Virus record (IMG/VR): IMGVR_UViG_3300009506_000022
Span: 34,007 to 98,006 of that record
Reading direction: 5' to 3' (one strand)
From: a virus
Length of the DNA: 64,000 nucleotides
Shown here: piece after piece, positions 17,918 to 27,140 of the stretch
Numbering within the stretch: the first letter of the stretch is position 1
How the letters are laid out: each line of letters starts with the position of its first letter
The notes under the pieces: model-generated
Database searches by the model: none
Seen by the model: only the letters and a program-made list of their open reading frames with translations
Told to the model about the DNA's origin: nothing
Made by a program: the position numbers and the translations under genes

Positions 17918-19711
17918 ATGGGAGAAATAACAAAAAACTCGAACTTGCCTCTTCCAGAATCCCCAGAATCTCTAGCGATAAGAAAAAGGAATGTTAGAGC
18001 TGTTTTGATAAATAGCGACATAATCAAAAAAGTTTCTACCGAAATAATAGAAAAACAAGAAGACACCGAAGTTGGAGGAAGCAAACAAGTAGAAACCGAG
18101 TTTGCAAAGTTGATTTCTTCTGGACAAGCTATTGATCCACCTTTTGATATGTTTGTTTTATCCACTCTTTCTGAGTACAACTCGGAAATGGGACCTTGCA
18201 TCGAGGCAATGAGAACCAACATAGATGGATTCGGTCATCGCTTGGTTTATCGTGGCGATCCAAAAGAGCTTGAAAACGATAAGCCGTTGGCAAAGAAGGT
18301 CTTAGAAGAAAAGGTTAGATTGGAAAACTTCTTCTTGTATGCTGGGCTCGATGATTCGTTTACAAAGATCAGAAAGAAAATGAGAACTGATCTTGAAAAG
18401 ACAGGGAATGCGTATTGGGAAGTTGTCCGCTCCATGAAAGGCGAGATTCAGTATTTTGTTCCAATAAAAAGCTATCAAGTTCGACTTACAAAACGCGACA
18501 AAGAACCAACAGAAGTAAACTTTCCTGTAGTAAAAATAGGACCTGATGGTAAATCGATCAAAAACGATTCGTTCAAAGTAAATACTTATTTCAGGAGATT
18601 TGTTCAGATCACATCGACAACATCTGTTGGCGCAAAAAAAAGTTGGTTCAAACAGTTTGGCGATCCAAGAATAATGGATTGCAAAACTGGGAGTTATGTT
18701 TCTCAAGGCGACTTGGAAAACTTCGAAGATACTGGCAAACCGATGCCAGCAAGTAGAAGGGCAAACGAAGTCGTTCATTGGAAAATGAATGACGATCGTT
18801 CCCCCTATGGATTGCCTCGATGGATTGGAATATTCCTTGATATTTTGGGAGACAGAAAAGCAAGCGAAATCAACTATATTACTTTTTGTAACAATAATAT
18901 TCCAAGCTTGATTATTGCGGTTTCGAACGGGCAACTAACACAAGATACAGTTGATCGCATCAAAGAGTTTTTCGAGAAAGTTCAAGGTGACGACAACCGT
19001 TCGAAAGCACTTGTGCTTGAAGCAGAACCATCAGATGAAGATGATGGAGAGGATGCTGGCGCGACCAAGATTGACGTAAAAACGCTAACGGAAGCGCAAC
19101 ATGATGATGCGATGTTCCAAAACTATAGTCGAGAGAACAGAGAAAAGGTTCGTGTTATCTGGCGCCTTCCTCCTATTTTCACTGGTAGAGCTCAAGACTA
19201 TACGAGAACAACGGCTGAAACTTCTAGAGCGTTAGCTGATGAGCAAATTTTCGCACCAGAACGAGACGATTTTGACGATTGGGTAAACCGTATTTTGTTT
19301 CCAAGAATGGGTGTTTTGTATCATCGTTTTCAATCGAACTCTCCAAATACAACTGATAACTCAGAACTTACAAAGATTCTTTCTGGCGCTGAGAAGACAG
19401 GAGGGATTACACCGCGGATCGCGAGAAAGGTTCTCGAGGATATTTTAAGCGTTGAACTTCCACCGTTTCCAGAGGACTTCAACCCAGATATTCCGTTTAG
19501 CCTGACAATGGCTGAAGCGGTAAAAAATATGGGAAACCCAGTTGAGCCAGGACAATCAGTTACAGCTCTAAAGGGGTTAGAGGATGTCGTGAAACTAACT
19601 GGAACGCCACACCCATTGATTAGTGCATTGATACTTCTTCGAAAGTCGCTTGAAGTCGAATGGTTGAAAGAGGTTTCTGAATCAGAATCAGAAGAAGAAC
19701 ATGTTGCGTAG
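17918..19711 (+). CDS. portal protein (PBSX/XkdE-like)
   Basis: CIEAMRTNIDGFG, DLEKTGNAYWEV.R, YGLPRW, F.NNNIP, D.MFQNY, ..LPPIF.G. Confidence 0.9.
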   Translation: MGEITKNSNLPLPESPESLAIRKRNVRAVLINSDIIKKVSTEIIEKQEDTEVGGSKQVETEFAKLISSGQAIDPPFDMFVLSTLSEYNSEMGPCIEAMRTNIDGFGHRLVYRGDPKELENDKPLAKKVLEEKVRLENFFLYAGLDDSFTKIRKKMRTDLEKTGNAYWEVVRSMKGEIQYFVPIKSYQVRLTKRDKEPTEVNFPVVKIGPDGKSIKNDSFKVNTYFRRFVQITSTTSVGAKKSWFKQFGDPRIMDCKTGSYVSQGDLENFEDTGKPMPASRRANEVVHWKMNDDRSPYGLPRWIGIFLDILGDRKASEINYITFCNNNIPSLIIAVSNGQLTQDTVDRIKEFFEKVQGDDNRSKALVLEAEPSDEDDGEDAGATKIDVKTLTEAQHDDAMFQNYSRENREKVRVIWRLPPIFTGRAQDYTRTTAETSRALADEQIFAPERDDFDDWVNRILFPRMGVLYHRFQSNSPNTTDNSELTKILSGAEKTGGITPRIARKVLEDILSVELPPFPEDFNPDIPFSLTMAEAVKNMGNPVEPGQSVTALKGLEDVVKLTGTPHPLISALILLRKSLEVEWLKEVSESESEEEHVA

Positions 19712-20813
19712 TCAAACAATACATAGCCATATGCATGATGGCATTTCTGCGATTGACGCTATTATCGGTAAGGCGTTGAAGGTGAGTGAACTTGCCAGGA
19801 TTGCGAAGATCGAAACGAATCTTAGAAAGTATATTGGTCGCGAATGGGACTCGTTGGCTTTAGATGCATCGAAACAAGCTGCAAGTGTAATCCGTTCTGG
19901 TTCTGGCGATCCGAATAATGATGATATCAACAGAATGATGGTGAAGATAAATCGCGTAATGAGCGATTGGAACGACAACATAGAGAAGCGATATATAGAT
20001 GACAACAAAGAGGTTTATGAACTTGCGCATATTGCAGCGATGAAGCGTTCTCTTGGCAAAAACAAGAAGCAATTAGAATACAATACGCCAATAGGGCCTG
20101 AAACGAAGGTAAGCAAAGCAAAAGATATCGTTTATGTTACAGGAGATGATGGCGCGCGAGTTCCTGTTGTTCTTCCCTCATTCAACACAGTTGATCTTGC
20201 GGCCATTGATGCTTTTGAGGAACATCAAGTTTTTTGGATCGGTCGACATTATAAAGAAAACGTTTCAAACACAGTTGCTGAAACCGCTCGAAACACGATT
20301 GTGAAAGCTGGTCTTGGACGCGAAGAAGCTGGAAAGATCGCGCAAAAAGTTGTTCGTGAAACGCTGGATATCGTGAAGGTTCCAGGTGGATTCAGTGGAA
20401 CATCAACACAGTATTTCGAAGGCTTGGTTGCGAACGCTGTTACAACACAACGTGTTGCGGCTCAACTCACGAGTTTCGAGCGATTTGGATACACAAAACA
20501 AACTATTGTAAATCCTCGTGATCAGAGGACGTGTCCTATATGCGATTTGATGGACGGAAAAGTTTTTGATGTTTCTGATGGAAGGCGAACTTTAGATAGA
20601 TTGGTCAAAGCGAAGAATCCTACTTCTGTAAAAAAGATTCAGCCATTTATGACAGTTGCGATCGCAAGAGAACTTACTGGTGGTAAACGCGGTCCTATTG
20701 GAGCCAAACAGACTAAAGCTATTGTCGCTAGAGGCAATTCGATTCCCCCATTTCATTTTAAATGTAGGTGCAGTATCGATATAACAGAGGAAGAAGAAAT
20801 CATTTCTTTTTGA
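19701..20813 (+). CDS. minor head protein (MuF / SPP1 gp7-like)
   Basis: D.RTCPICDLMDGKVF and PPFHFKCRC motifs; follows the portal gene. Confidence 0.88.
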   Translation: MLRSQTIHSHMHDGISAIDAIIGKALKVSELARIAKIETNLRKYIGREWDSLALDASKQAASVIRSGSGDPNNDDINRMMVKINRVMSDWNDNIEKRYIDDNKEVYELAHIAAMKRSLGKNKKQLEYNTPIGPETKVSKAKDIVYVTGDDGARVPVVLPSFNTVDLAAIDAFEEHQVFWIGRHYKENVSNTVAETARNTIVKAGLGREEAGKIAQKVVRETLDIVKVPGGFSGTSTQYFEGLVANAVTTQRVAAQLTSFERFGYTKQTIVNPRDQRTCPICDLMDGKVFDVSDGRRTLDRLVKAKNPTSVKKIQPFMTVAIARELTGGKRGPIGAKQTKAIVARGNSIPPFHFKCRCSIDITEEEEIISF

Positions 20814-20822
20814 GGAGTCAAT

Positions 20823-23800
20823 ATGAAAAACGAGCTACCAAAATCTGGAATAGTAGTTACCCCATCAAGTATGGCTGTTGCGATTTCCGAAGGTAGAAAA
20901 ACTATCTTGGTGAAGACGAGAAGCTACAATATTGCCAACAGAGAAATGTTACTTCTTGATCGCAACAAAGCGTTGGGTGTTGTAAAAATCGGAGAAGAAC
21001 AGGTTCTTCAAAACGATAATTTTGGCGAACATGAAGAACAACATCTGATTACAAAAGAGATCAGAAAAGACTGGTCTGAAGCTCAACCATCATGGGAAGA
21101 AGGGCCGTTCTTTCAATGGTCTGTCGAGATGGTTCAGAAATTTGATGAACCAATAAAGACTTATGTTGAGATTGGACCAACAGTTGTTATAGAAGAAATA
21201 AGTGAAATCGATATTGAAAAACGAGGACCTTTTGGACGTTGGGGTAGTTCAGGAATGTATGCTGAATGGCTTATAAAGCAGTTTCCAGAACACAAGAAGT
21301 ATGTCGAGCCATTTGCGGGTTCTGCTTCTATTTTCTTTCGAAAGCAACCTTCAGAATCTGAAGTTCTTGCTGACTACGATAGCGAGGTTGTAAATGCTCT
21401 GAAAACAATTAAAAAGTTGACGGAAGAACAATTTACAGTTCTCGAGTCTAAAGATCGCATCTTGTCCGAAGATAAGTGGAAGGAAATGAGAAGTAACATT
21501 CCTGAAGATTCTTTAGATAGGCTTCATCGAATGTTGTTCTTGAATGGTGGGGGTTGGAGTTCGAGTCTTATAAGCTATAGAATTCATAAAGATGGAAAGC
21601 AATCGTATGACCCGAATAGGCTGAAGCCGTACAAAGAGAGACTGAATAAAGGAAAAGTATCAATAGAATGTGCTGATTGGAAAGCGACGATTAATAAACA
21701 TGATTCAAAAGACACATTTTTCTTTATTGATTGTCCATATCCTGGAGAGTGGAGCAAAAAAGCCGATGATATTCCAAATGACGATCCAAAACGTGGCGAA
21801 AAAGTTCCTCTTGAGGAGTATGGAAAAGTCTTGAAGTCGATCAAGGGAAGTTTCGTTTTTGCGCTTGGTGATCACAAAGAACATCTCAAGTTTTTGAAAT
21901 CACTTGAAGGTGTTGAAATAAAAACGTTTAGTGGAACTGAAGCATCAAATAAAGGTGGAACAAAAACAGCAAAGAGATATTTTGCTTTTAAAACAGCGGC
22001 GTGTGGGAGCAAAAAACCAAAAAAGAAATCGTTTGACGAAGTCGAAACAGATGCAATGGAGTTTATCGATATAACAGAGGACCAACATGTTTTTGACGGG
22101 TTGATCCTAACAACAGAAAAAGAGGTGATTGACTACAGCACTTCTGAGTTAGTTGATATTCATAAATTGCTTCATCAGATATATTCAGAATTACCAGATG
22201 GTTGGAACACATCTGATGTTGTCAATTTACATTCGATGGTTGTTGATGAGTTGTGCTCAAGAGAAAAAAATCACCCGTCACCTCCAGATAATGGCCTTGA
22301 CGATATTTCTTTTGATTTTGAGTGTCTTACATCGAAACAAAAGAAATGGTTTGAAGAAAATTGCGACGAAGTTCCAGAAATTGAAGAGAGCATATCTTAT
22401 CTAGAAAAACGTCGACTTGCTTTATGGGGTTCCACCGCTGGAAAAAGCAGAGTTGCCAAAAGAATTGTGTCGATGATCCCAGAACACAAAACGTATGTCG
22501 AGCCGTTTGCTGGTGGTGCTGCTGTTTTTTATGCAAAAGAGCCAAGCGAAAAAGAGGTTCTTTGTGATTCAAATCCAGAAGTTACACACGCATTCAAGTT
22601 TGTTCAATCTGCAAGTGATAACGAAATCGAAGCGCTTAAGAAAATGGATTGGACAGTAAGCAAGCCTCGAGCAAAATCGGTTCATGAAATGAAACCAAAA
22701 GGAAGCGCTGAGAGATTTTTTAGGTTTGCTTATAAGAGATATGCGCTTTTTATGCGAAATGAAAATAGGATTACCGCAATAGATCCAGCAAAAGAAGGGA
22801 AGGCGCCAGATATAGCGAGTAGGATTTCCGAAACAAGAGAGAGACTGAAGAGGGTTTCTATTGTTGAAGGTGGATATGAAAAAGCGGTTAGTAAGTTTGA
22901 TTCGCCAGAAACATTCTTTTATTTCGATCCGCCATATCCAAGTTTGGTCCAGGAGGTTGGAGAGAAAAGCTTTGATGAGGAAGCTTTCATCAAAACACTG
23001 AAAGGCTTGAAGGGAAAGTTTCTTCTCCATTATGAAGCAAAAGCGAAAAAGAAATTTGATGGCGTTGATGGTTGGATTGTAAAAACCATTTCTGTTGCTC
23101 GTACTCCAGGTCATACAAAAGGAGGTAGCGCGCCAGGAAAACTTCTTGAAGTTAGAAATTATGAACTACCCAAAAAGAAGGTGAAGAAAAACGATCCGTA
23201 TTTGATGGCACCAGAAGGAGAGTTCCCTTTTTCAATACAACACCATTGGATTGGAAAATCGATGAACTCAGTTTTGAGAATCGGTGTTGTTCCAGACAGA
23301 TGTGCGATCGGTTGGGCGATGAATACTCAACAAACTGAAGTAAGCGAACCAGTAACAACTCTTGCGAAATCTCGAGAGATATCAAAAAACTCAAGCAATA
23401 TTTTCAGTGTTGATTGGTCTATTGGTAGATGGAACAAGAAAGGTGAAGAGGAACAACATATAGAGATTCTTTGTAAACGCCAATCTGTTTTTTCTCCTGT
23501 TTGGCTCGACATTGAGGCGAAAACCGCGAATCCAAAAGAAGGTGAACCATTACCTCTTGGCGGGAATCCGAAATATCCAGGTGTTTTCGAGATTGTAGAA
23601 AAAGGGGTAGTTCAGTTTGGCGCTCAAAGCGAAACTCTTCATGAATATTTTCTTTCTGGCACTGGATTCAAAGGAAAAACTATCTTTCGTATGATGAAGA
23701 TCAAAAAATCGATAGATGGTGATTGTCATGTTTGTGGAGTTGACGCAATAGTTGATGTTGGTTGGGCCGATGAACTCCCAGTGAAACTTTGTAAAAAATG

Positions 23801-24953
23801 CTATGACGATTGGCAAAAAAAGGAAGTGATAGAAAAATCATGCATTCCACAGATAGAATATGGTGACGATATTTCGTTCTGGGTTGGAACCAATTCGAAA
23901 GATGCTGTTCCATTTGTGCTATCCGAAAAAGCGGTGAGTAGCGAGTGGATGCCACCAGATGGCGTTGCCGCTTTACCTAAAGAGATCAAAAAACAAATTC
24001 CTAAAGAGTACGAATATTGGAATGAAGCTGGTAGTGATGCGAGACAGATGAGAGATCAACTTGTAAAGGCGATTCAAGAAAAAGATATTCCTCCTTTTGA
24101 TTTCGAGTCAATCTTCAAATCTGATAGCCAGAAATCTGGATTCGTTTTACAAAAGCAAATCTGGGAAGATAAGAGCGATCCACGCTGGTTCATTAGAATT
24201 GATACAGGCAAACCAGAAATAAACGTAATTGAATTGCAGTCAGACCCAACCAATATTGAAAAAAGTGAAGTCCGAGTTTGGGTAGAGAAATATAAGTCTT
24301 CAATGGATATCGAGGGGTTGTTGTCGGTTGCTCATTATCTAAATCCAAAGAAAGGGATTAGCTCGTATCTGAAGAAGGTTGATGTTGGAAACGCTTCTGT
24401 GTTGTCTGATTCTGAAGAATCTACTCAAATTGAGTTTAAAGGAGATATTCTGGATGGAGTATTTACGTTAAAGCGAAATAATAACGAGTACTTATTAGAG
24501 AGAAGCGGCAACGACACAATTGCTGAAATAGAGAAAATGATTGATTTTGAACTTGTTTTGCCAATCGATCATTTTGAAATCCACAAAGCAAAAAAAGGCA
24601 AGGAAAAACGGTTAGTTACTGGAATAGTACTTGAACCAGATATGGTTGATGCTCAAGACGACACCATCAAGTCTGAAGTGATCGAAAAAGCAGCTCATAT
24701 GTTTCTTACTCAGTACAACAAAGAAACGAAACTTGGTTTGATGCACACAACGTTTGGCGATATCGGATTTGAATTGTGTCAATCCTTTCTCTCTCCTGTT
24801 GAGTACACTGTAGGGAAAAAAACAGTAAAAAAAGGAAGCTGGGTAATGACAGTACATGTCACTGATGATAATAGATGGTATGATATAAAAAATCGCAGGC
24901 TCACTGGATTTAGTATTGGTGGGAAGGCGAGGATGGCGAAGAAGAATGGATAA
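20823..24953 (+). CDS. multidomain head polyprotein: ASCH-like + 2x Dam-family adenine MTase + 2x LigD-PE-like + XkdF-type prohead serine protease
   Basis: YVEPFAGSASIFF...FFIDCPY (21222-21990); GKSRVA...YVEPFAGGAAVF...FYFDPPY (22410-23165); C-terminal RLVTGIVLEPD.VDAQDD...LMH...KGSWV...TGFSIGG. Confidence 0.88.
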   Translation: MKNELPKSGIVVTPSSMAVAISEGRKTILVKTRSYNIANREMLLLDRNKALGVVKIGEEQVLQNDNFGEHEEQHLITKEIRKDWSEAQPSWEEGPFFQWSVEMVQKFDEPIKTYVEIGPTVVIEEISEIDIEKRGPFGRWGSSGMYAEWLIKQFPEHKKYVEPFAGSASIFFRKQPSESEVLADYDSEVVNALKTIKKLTEEQFTVLESKDRILSEDKWKEMRSNIPEDSLDRLHRMLFLNGGGWSSSLISYRIHKDGKQSYDPNRLKPYKERLNKGKVSIECADWKATINKHDSKDTFFFIDCPYPGEWSKKADDIPNDDPKRGEKVPLEEYGKVLKSIKGSFVFALGDHKEHLKFLKSLEGVEIKTFSGTEASNKGGTKTAKRYFAFKTAACGSKKPKKKSFDEVETDAMEFIDITEDQHVFDGLILTTEKEVIDYSTSELVDIHKLLHQIYSELPDGWNTSDVVNLHSMVVDELCSREKNHPSPPDNGLDDISFDFECLTSKQKKWFEENCDEVPEIEESISYLEKRRLALWGSTAGKSRVAKRIVSMIPEHKTYVEPFAGGAAVFYAKEPSEKEVLCDSNPEVTHAFKFVQSASDNEIEALKKMDWTVSKPRAKSVHEMKPKGSAERFFRFAYKRYALFMRNENRITAIDPAKEGKAPDIASRISETRERLKRVSIVEGGYEKAVSKFDSPETFFYFDPPYPSLVQEVGEKSFDEEAFIKTLKGLKGKFLLHYEAKAKKKFDGVDGWIVKTISVARTPGHTKGGSAPGKLLEVRNYELPKKKVKKNDPYLMAPEGEFPFSIQHHWIGKSMNSVLRIGVVPDRCAIGWAMNTQQTEVSEPVTTLAKSREISKNSSNIFSVDWSIGRWNKKGEEEQHIEILCKRQSVFSPVWLDIEAKTANPKEGEPLPLGGNPKYPGVFEIVEKGVVQFGAQSETLHEYFLSGTGFKGKTIFRMMKIKKSIDGDCHVCGVDAIVDVGWADELPVKLCKKCYDDWQKKEVIEKSCIPQIEYGDDISFWVGTNSKDAVPFVLSEKAVSSEWMPPDGVAALPKEIKKQIPKEYEYWNEAGSDARQMRDQLVKAIQEKDIPPFDFESIFKSDSQKSGFVLQKQIWEDKSDPRWFIRIDTGKPEINVIELQSDPTNIEKSEVRVWVEKYKSSMDIEGLLSVAHYLNPKKGISSYLKKVDVGNASVLSDSEESTQIEFKGDILDGVFTLKRNNNEYLLERSGNDTIAEIEKMIDFELVLPIDHFEIHKAKKGKEKRLVTGIVLEPDMVDAQDDTIKSEVIEKAAHMFLTQYNKETKLGLMHTTFGDIGFELCQSFLSPVEYTVGKKTVKKGSWVMTVHVTDDNRWYDIKNRRLTGFSIGGKARMAKKNG

Positions 24954-25797
24954 GCCGCAATCTTCAAAACAAAACCTAAAAGATGCCAACGAGATTCTTG
25001 AGCTATTCGTAGGCGAGGTTTCGGTGGTAGATAAGCCAGCTAATCTGCGAGATTTTTTGGTAGTCAAAAGAAGAAACAAGGAGGACTCGATGGGACAAGC
25101 TTTTCAGCAGGATCCTGAGGTCGACAATTTAGAGTTAGTAGAAAAACTAGCTTGGTCAGACCTTGAGAAAGCGGCGCTGCCTGATGATCTAAAGAAAATG
25201 ATCGACTCAGCAGTTGCCTGGATGAAAAAAAACGCAAGTGCTGAGAACGCGCCGAAAGAAGCGATTCTTGCTGCTACAGCACTTCTATCAAAGGTTGCTG
25301 GCGGGAAGTTCCCTGGCACAGCACCGAAATCGAAGGATGATGATAAAGACAAGAGCGATGATAGCAAAGATAAGAAAAAGTCTTTGTTGGTTGTTGGAGA
25401 TGACGGTTCTTTTGAGATCGGCGGTGAGCCTATCGAAAAAGGGAAATCTCAGTTTACCAAAGAAAGAGTTGACGCTTTGAAAAATGCAATAGCGCCTTTG
25501 ATTGGCGTATATGCTCAAGTTGATGAAGCCGGTGCGAAAGAGATGGTTCAAAACCTTGTTGGCGAAACTCTTTCTGGTGAAATAAAGTGGACAGAAAAGC
25601 GTGTTCCAGAACCAACCGATATCGCAGAACAGATCAAGAAGGCAATGGAACCTTTTGCTGAACAAATCAAAGAGGTTGGAAAGCGAGTTGAAGACCTCGA
25701 GGGTTCTCGCTCAGCTCCACAATCTGATCCTGGTGATGGTGACACCACCGACAAACAAAAAAGTGACAACCCTTGGGATGGCTTGCCGATAGGCTAG
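24946..25797 (+). CDS. capsid scaffolding protein with N-terminal protease fragment (internal start at 25090)
   Basis: EVSVVDKPAN at the N-terminus; charged coiled-coil body; C-terminal W-x-G motif; directly precedes the MCP gene. Confidence 0.75.
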   Translation: MDKPQSSKQNLKDANEILELFVGEVSVVDKPANLRDFLVVKRRNKEDSMGQAFQQDPEVDNLELVEKLAWSDLEKAALPDDLKKMIDSAVAWMKKNASAENAPKEAILAATALLSKVAGGKFPGTAPKSKDDDKDKSDDSKDKKKSLLVVGDDGSFEIGGEPIEKGKSQFTKERVDALKNAIAPLIGVYAQVDEAGAKEMVQNLVGETLSGEIKWTEKRVPEPTDIAEQIKKAMEPFAEQIKEVGKRVEDLEGSRSAPQSDPGDGDTTDKQKSDNPWDGLPIG

Positions 25798-25854
25798 CTT
25801 TGCCGCAGTGGCTTTTTCGCAACCCTTATAGGTTTATTTTATCAGGAGGAAATC

Positions 25855-27066
25855 ATGGGTTTATCAAATGAAGAACTTGCAATGATCCAGAAGGCTATTA
25901 CCGCGGCAAACGTCCTAGTTTCTGCAGGAAAGCTAAATCCAGTACAGGCCTCGAAGTTTCTCGATTATGTGATCGACACCACCGTTATGAAGAACAATGT
26001 TCGTATTGTTCGTTTTCGTAACGAGAAGATGGAGATCAATAAACTCGATATCGGGAATCGAGTTATGTTTCCTGGAACCGAGTATCAAGCTCCACAAGAG
26101 CGTCAAGGGGTTACATCTTCCAAGCTCGAGCTTCAACCGAAAGAGGTTGTTTGTGCTTTCGATATCACCGACACCTTCAAGAATCAAAATATCGAAGGTG
26201 ATAACGCCGCTGATCACATCATGCGGATGTTTGCAACGGGTTGGGGAAACAACATGGAAGAGACAGCGATCAACGGTGATGTCGTTGGTCCAGCTGGTCT
26301 TGAAAATGATGTGTGGGGGTCTGGCTCAACCACACAATACGTCCTTGATTCTTTGCTGGCTTTATTTGACGGTTGGTGGCGTAAAGCAGATGGCGCTCAT
26401 CTCGTTAATATGAATGGTGCAAATGTTGGAATCAGTGTTTTTCGGAAGATGTTGACTGCAATGCCAGCCAAGTTCAAAAAGCAACGGCGTAATCTTCGAT
26501 GGCTTGTTTCCGATGAGTTGGCGGATGTGTATATCGAAAAGGTTTCAACACGCCAAACAGCGAAGGGTGATCGTGCGGCTGAAGGCGAGGAACAATCTCC
26601 TCTTGGAATCCCCATGGTGAGAATCCCGGGATTGCCTTTTAACCCAAAGATCGTTCAACATGTCGCGCTTCCGAACGACACCGCAGTAGCTTTACGCTAC
26701 AAACCGATTGTTTCTGCTTCAGAGGTAGTGACACCAAGCACGTTGGATCGAACTCCAGTGACTCCATATGTTGAGGGAACCGCCTATGATATGGATTACG
26801 TCAATGGGACGATCACAAATCCAAGTGGTGACGCAACTATCGGTGATGGCGATACTGTCAAGATCACTTACGAAGCGGCTCCTCAAATCATTCTAACCCA
26901 TTGGCAGAACTTCATTCTTGCTTTTGGGATGGATGATCTCAAAGTCGAGAGACAACGCAATATCCACAAGCGCGCTGATGAGTATGTTATGAGTGGTCGG
27001 TTTGACCAACTGATTGAAAACCTCGATGCTTGCGTCAAGGGATACAATCTAGGGGATAGTCTATAG
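25855..27066 (+). CDS. major capsid protein (XkdG-like, HK97 fold)
   Basis: G.LNP.QA..F, NIEGD, E..AINGD, DGW; strong SD AGGAGG; position after the scaffold gene. Confidence 0.9.
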   Translation: MGLSNEELAMIQKAITAANVLVSAGKLNPVQASKFLDYVIDTTVMKNNVRIVRFRNEKMEINKLDIGNRVMFPGTEYQAPQERQGVTSSKLELQPKEVVCAFDITDTFKNQNIEGDNAADHIMRMFATGWGNNMEETAINGDVVGPAGLENDVWGSGSTTQYVLDSLLALFDGWWRKADGAHLVNMNGANVGISVFRKMLTAMPAKFKKQRRNLRWLVSDELADVYIEKVSTRQTAKGDRAAEGEEQSPLGIPMVRIPGLPFNPKIVQHVALPNDTAVALRYKPIVSASEVVTPSTLDRTPVTPYVEGTAYDMDYVNGTITNPSGDATIGDGDTVKITYEAAPQIILTHWQNFILAFGMDDLKVERQRNIHKRADEYVMSGRFDQLIENLDACVKGYNLGDSL

Positions 27067-27074
27067 GCTGTATT

Positions 27075-27117
27075 TTAGAGCAAGGTGTACTTTATGGGAT
27101 TGTACACCTTGCTCTAA
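27075..27117 (+). repeat. 16-bp perfect stem-loop after the MCP gene
   Basis: TTAGAGCAAGGTGTAC / GTACACCTTGCTCTAA. Confidence 0.85.
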
Positions 27118-27140
27118 CCATGTGATTGGAGGACTCAAGC

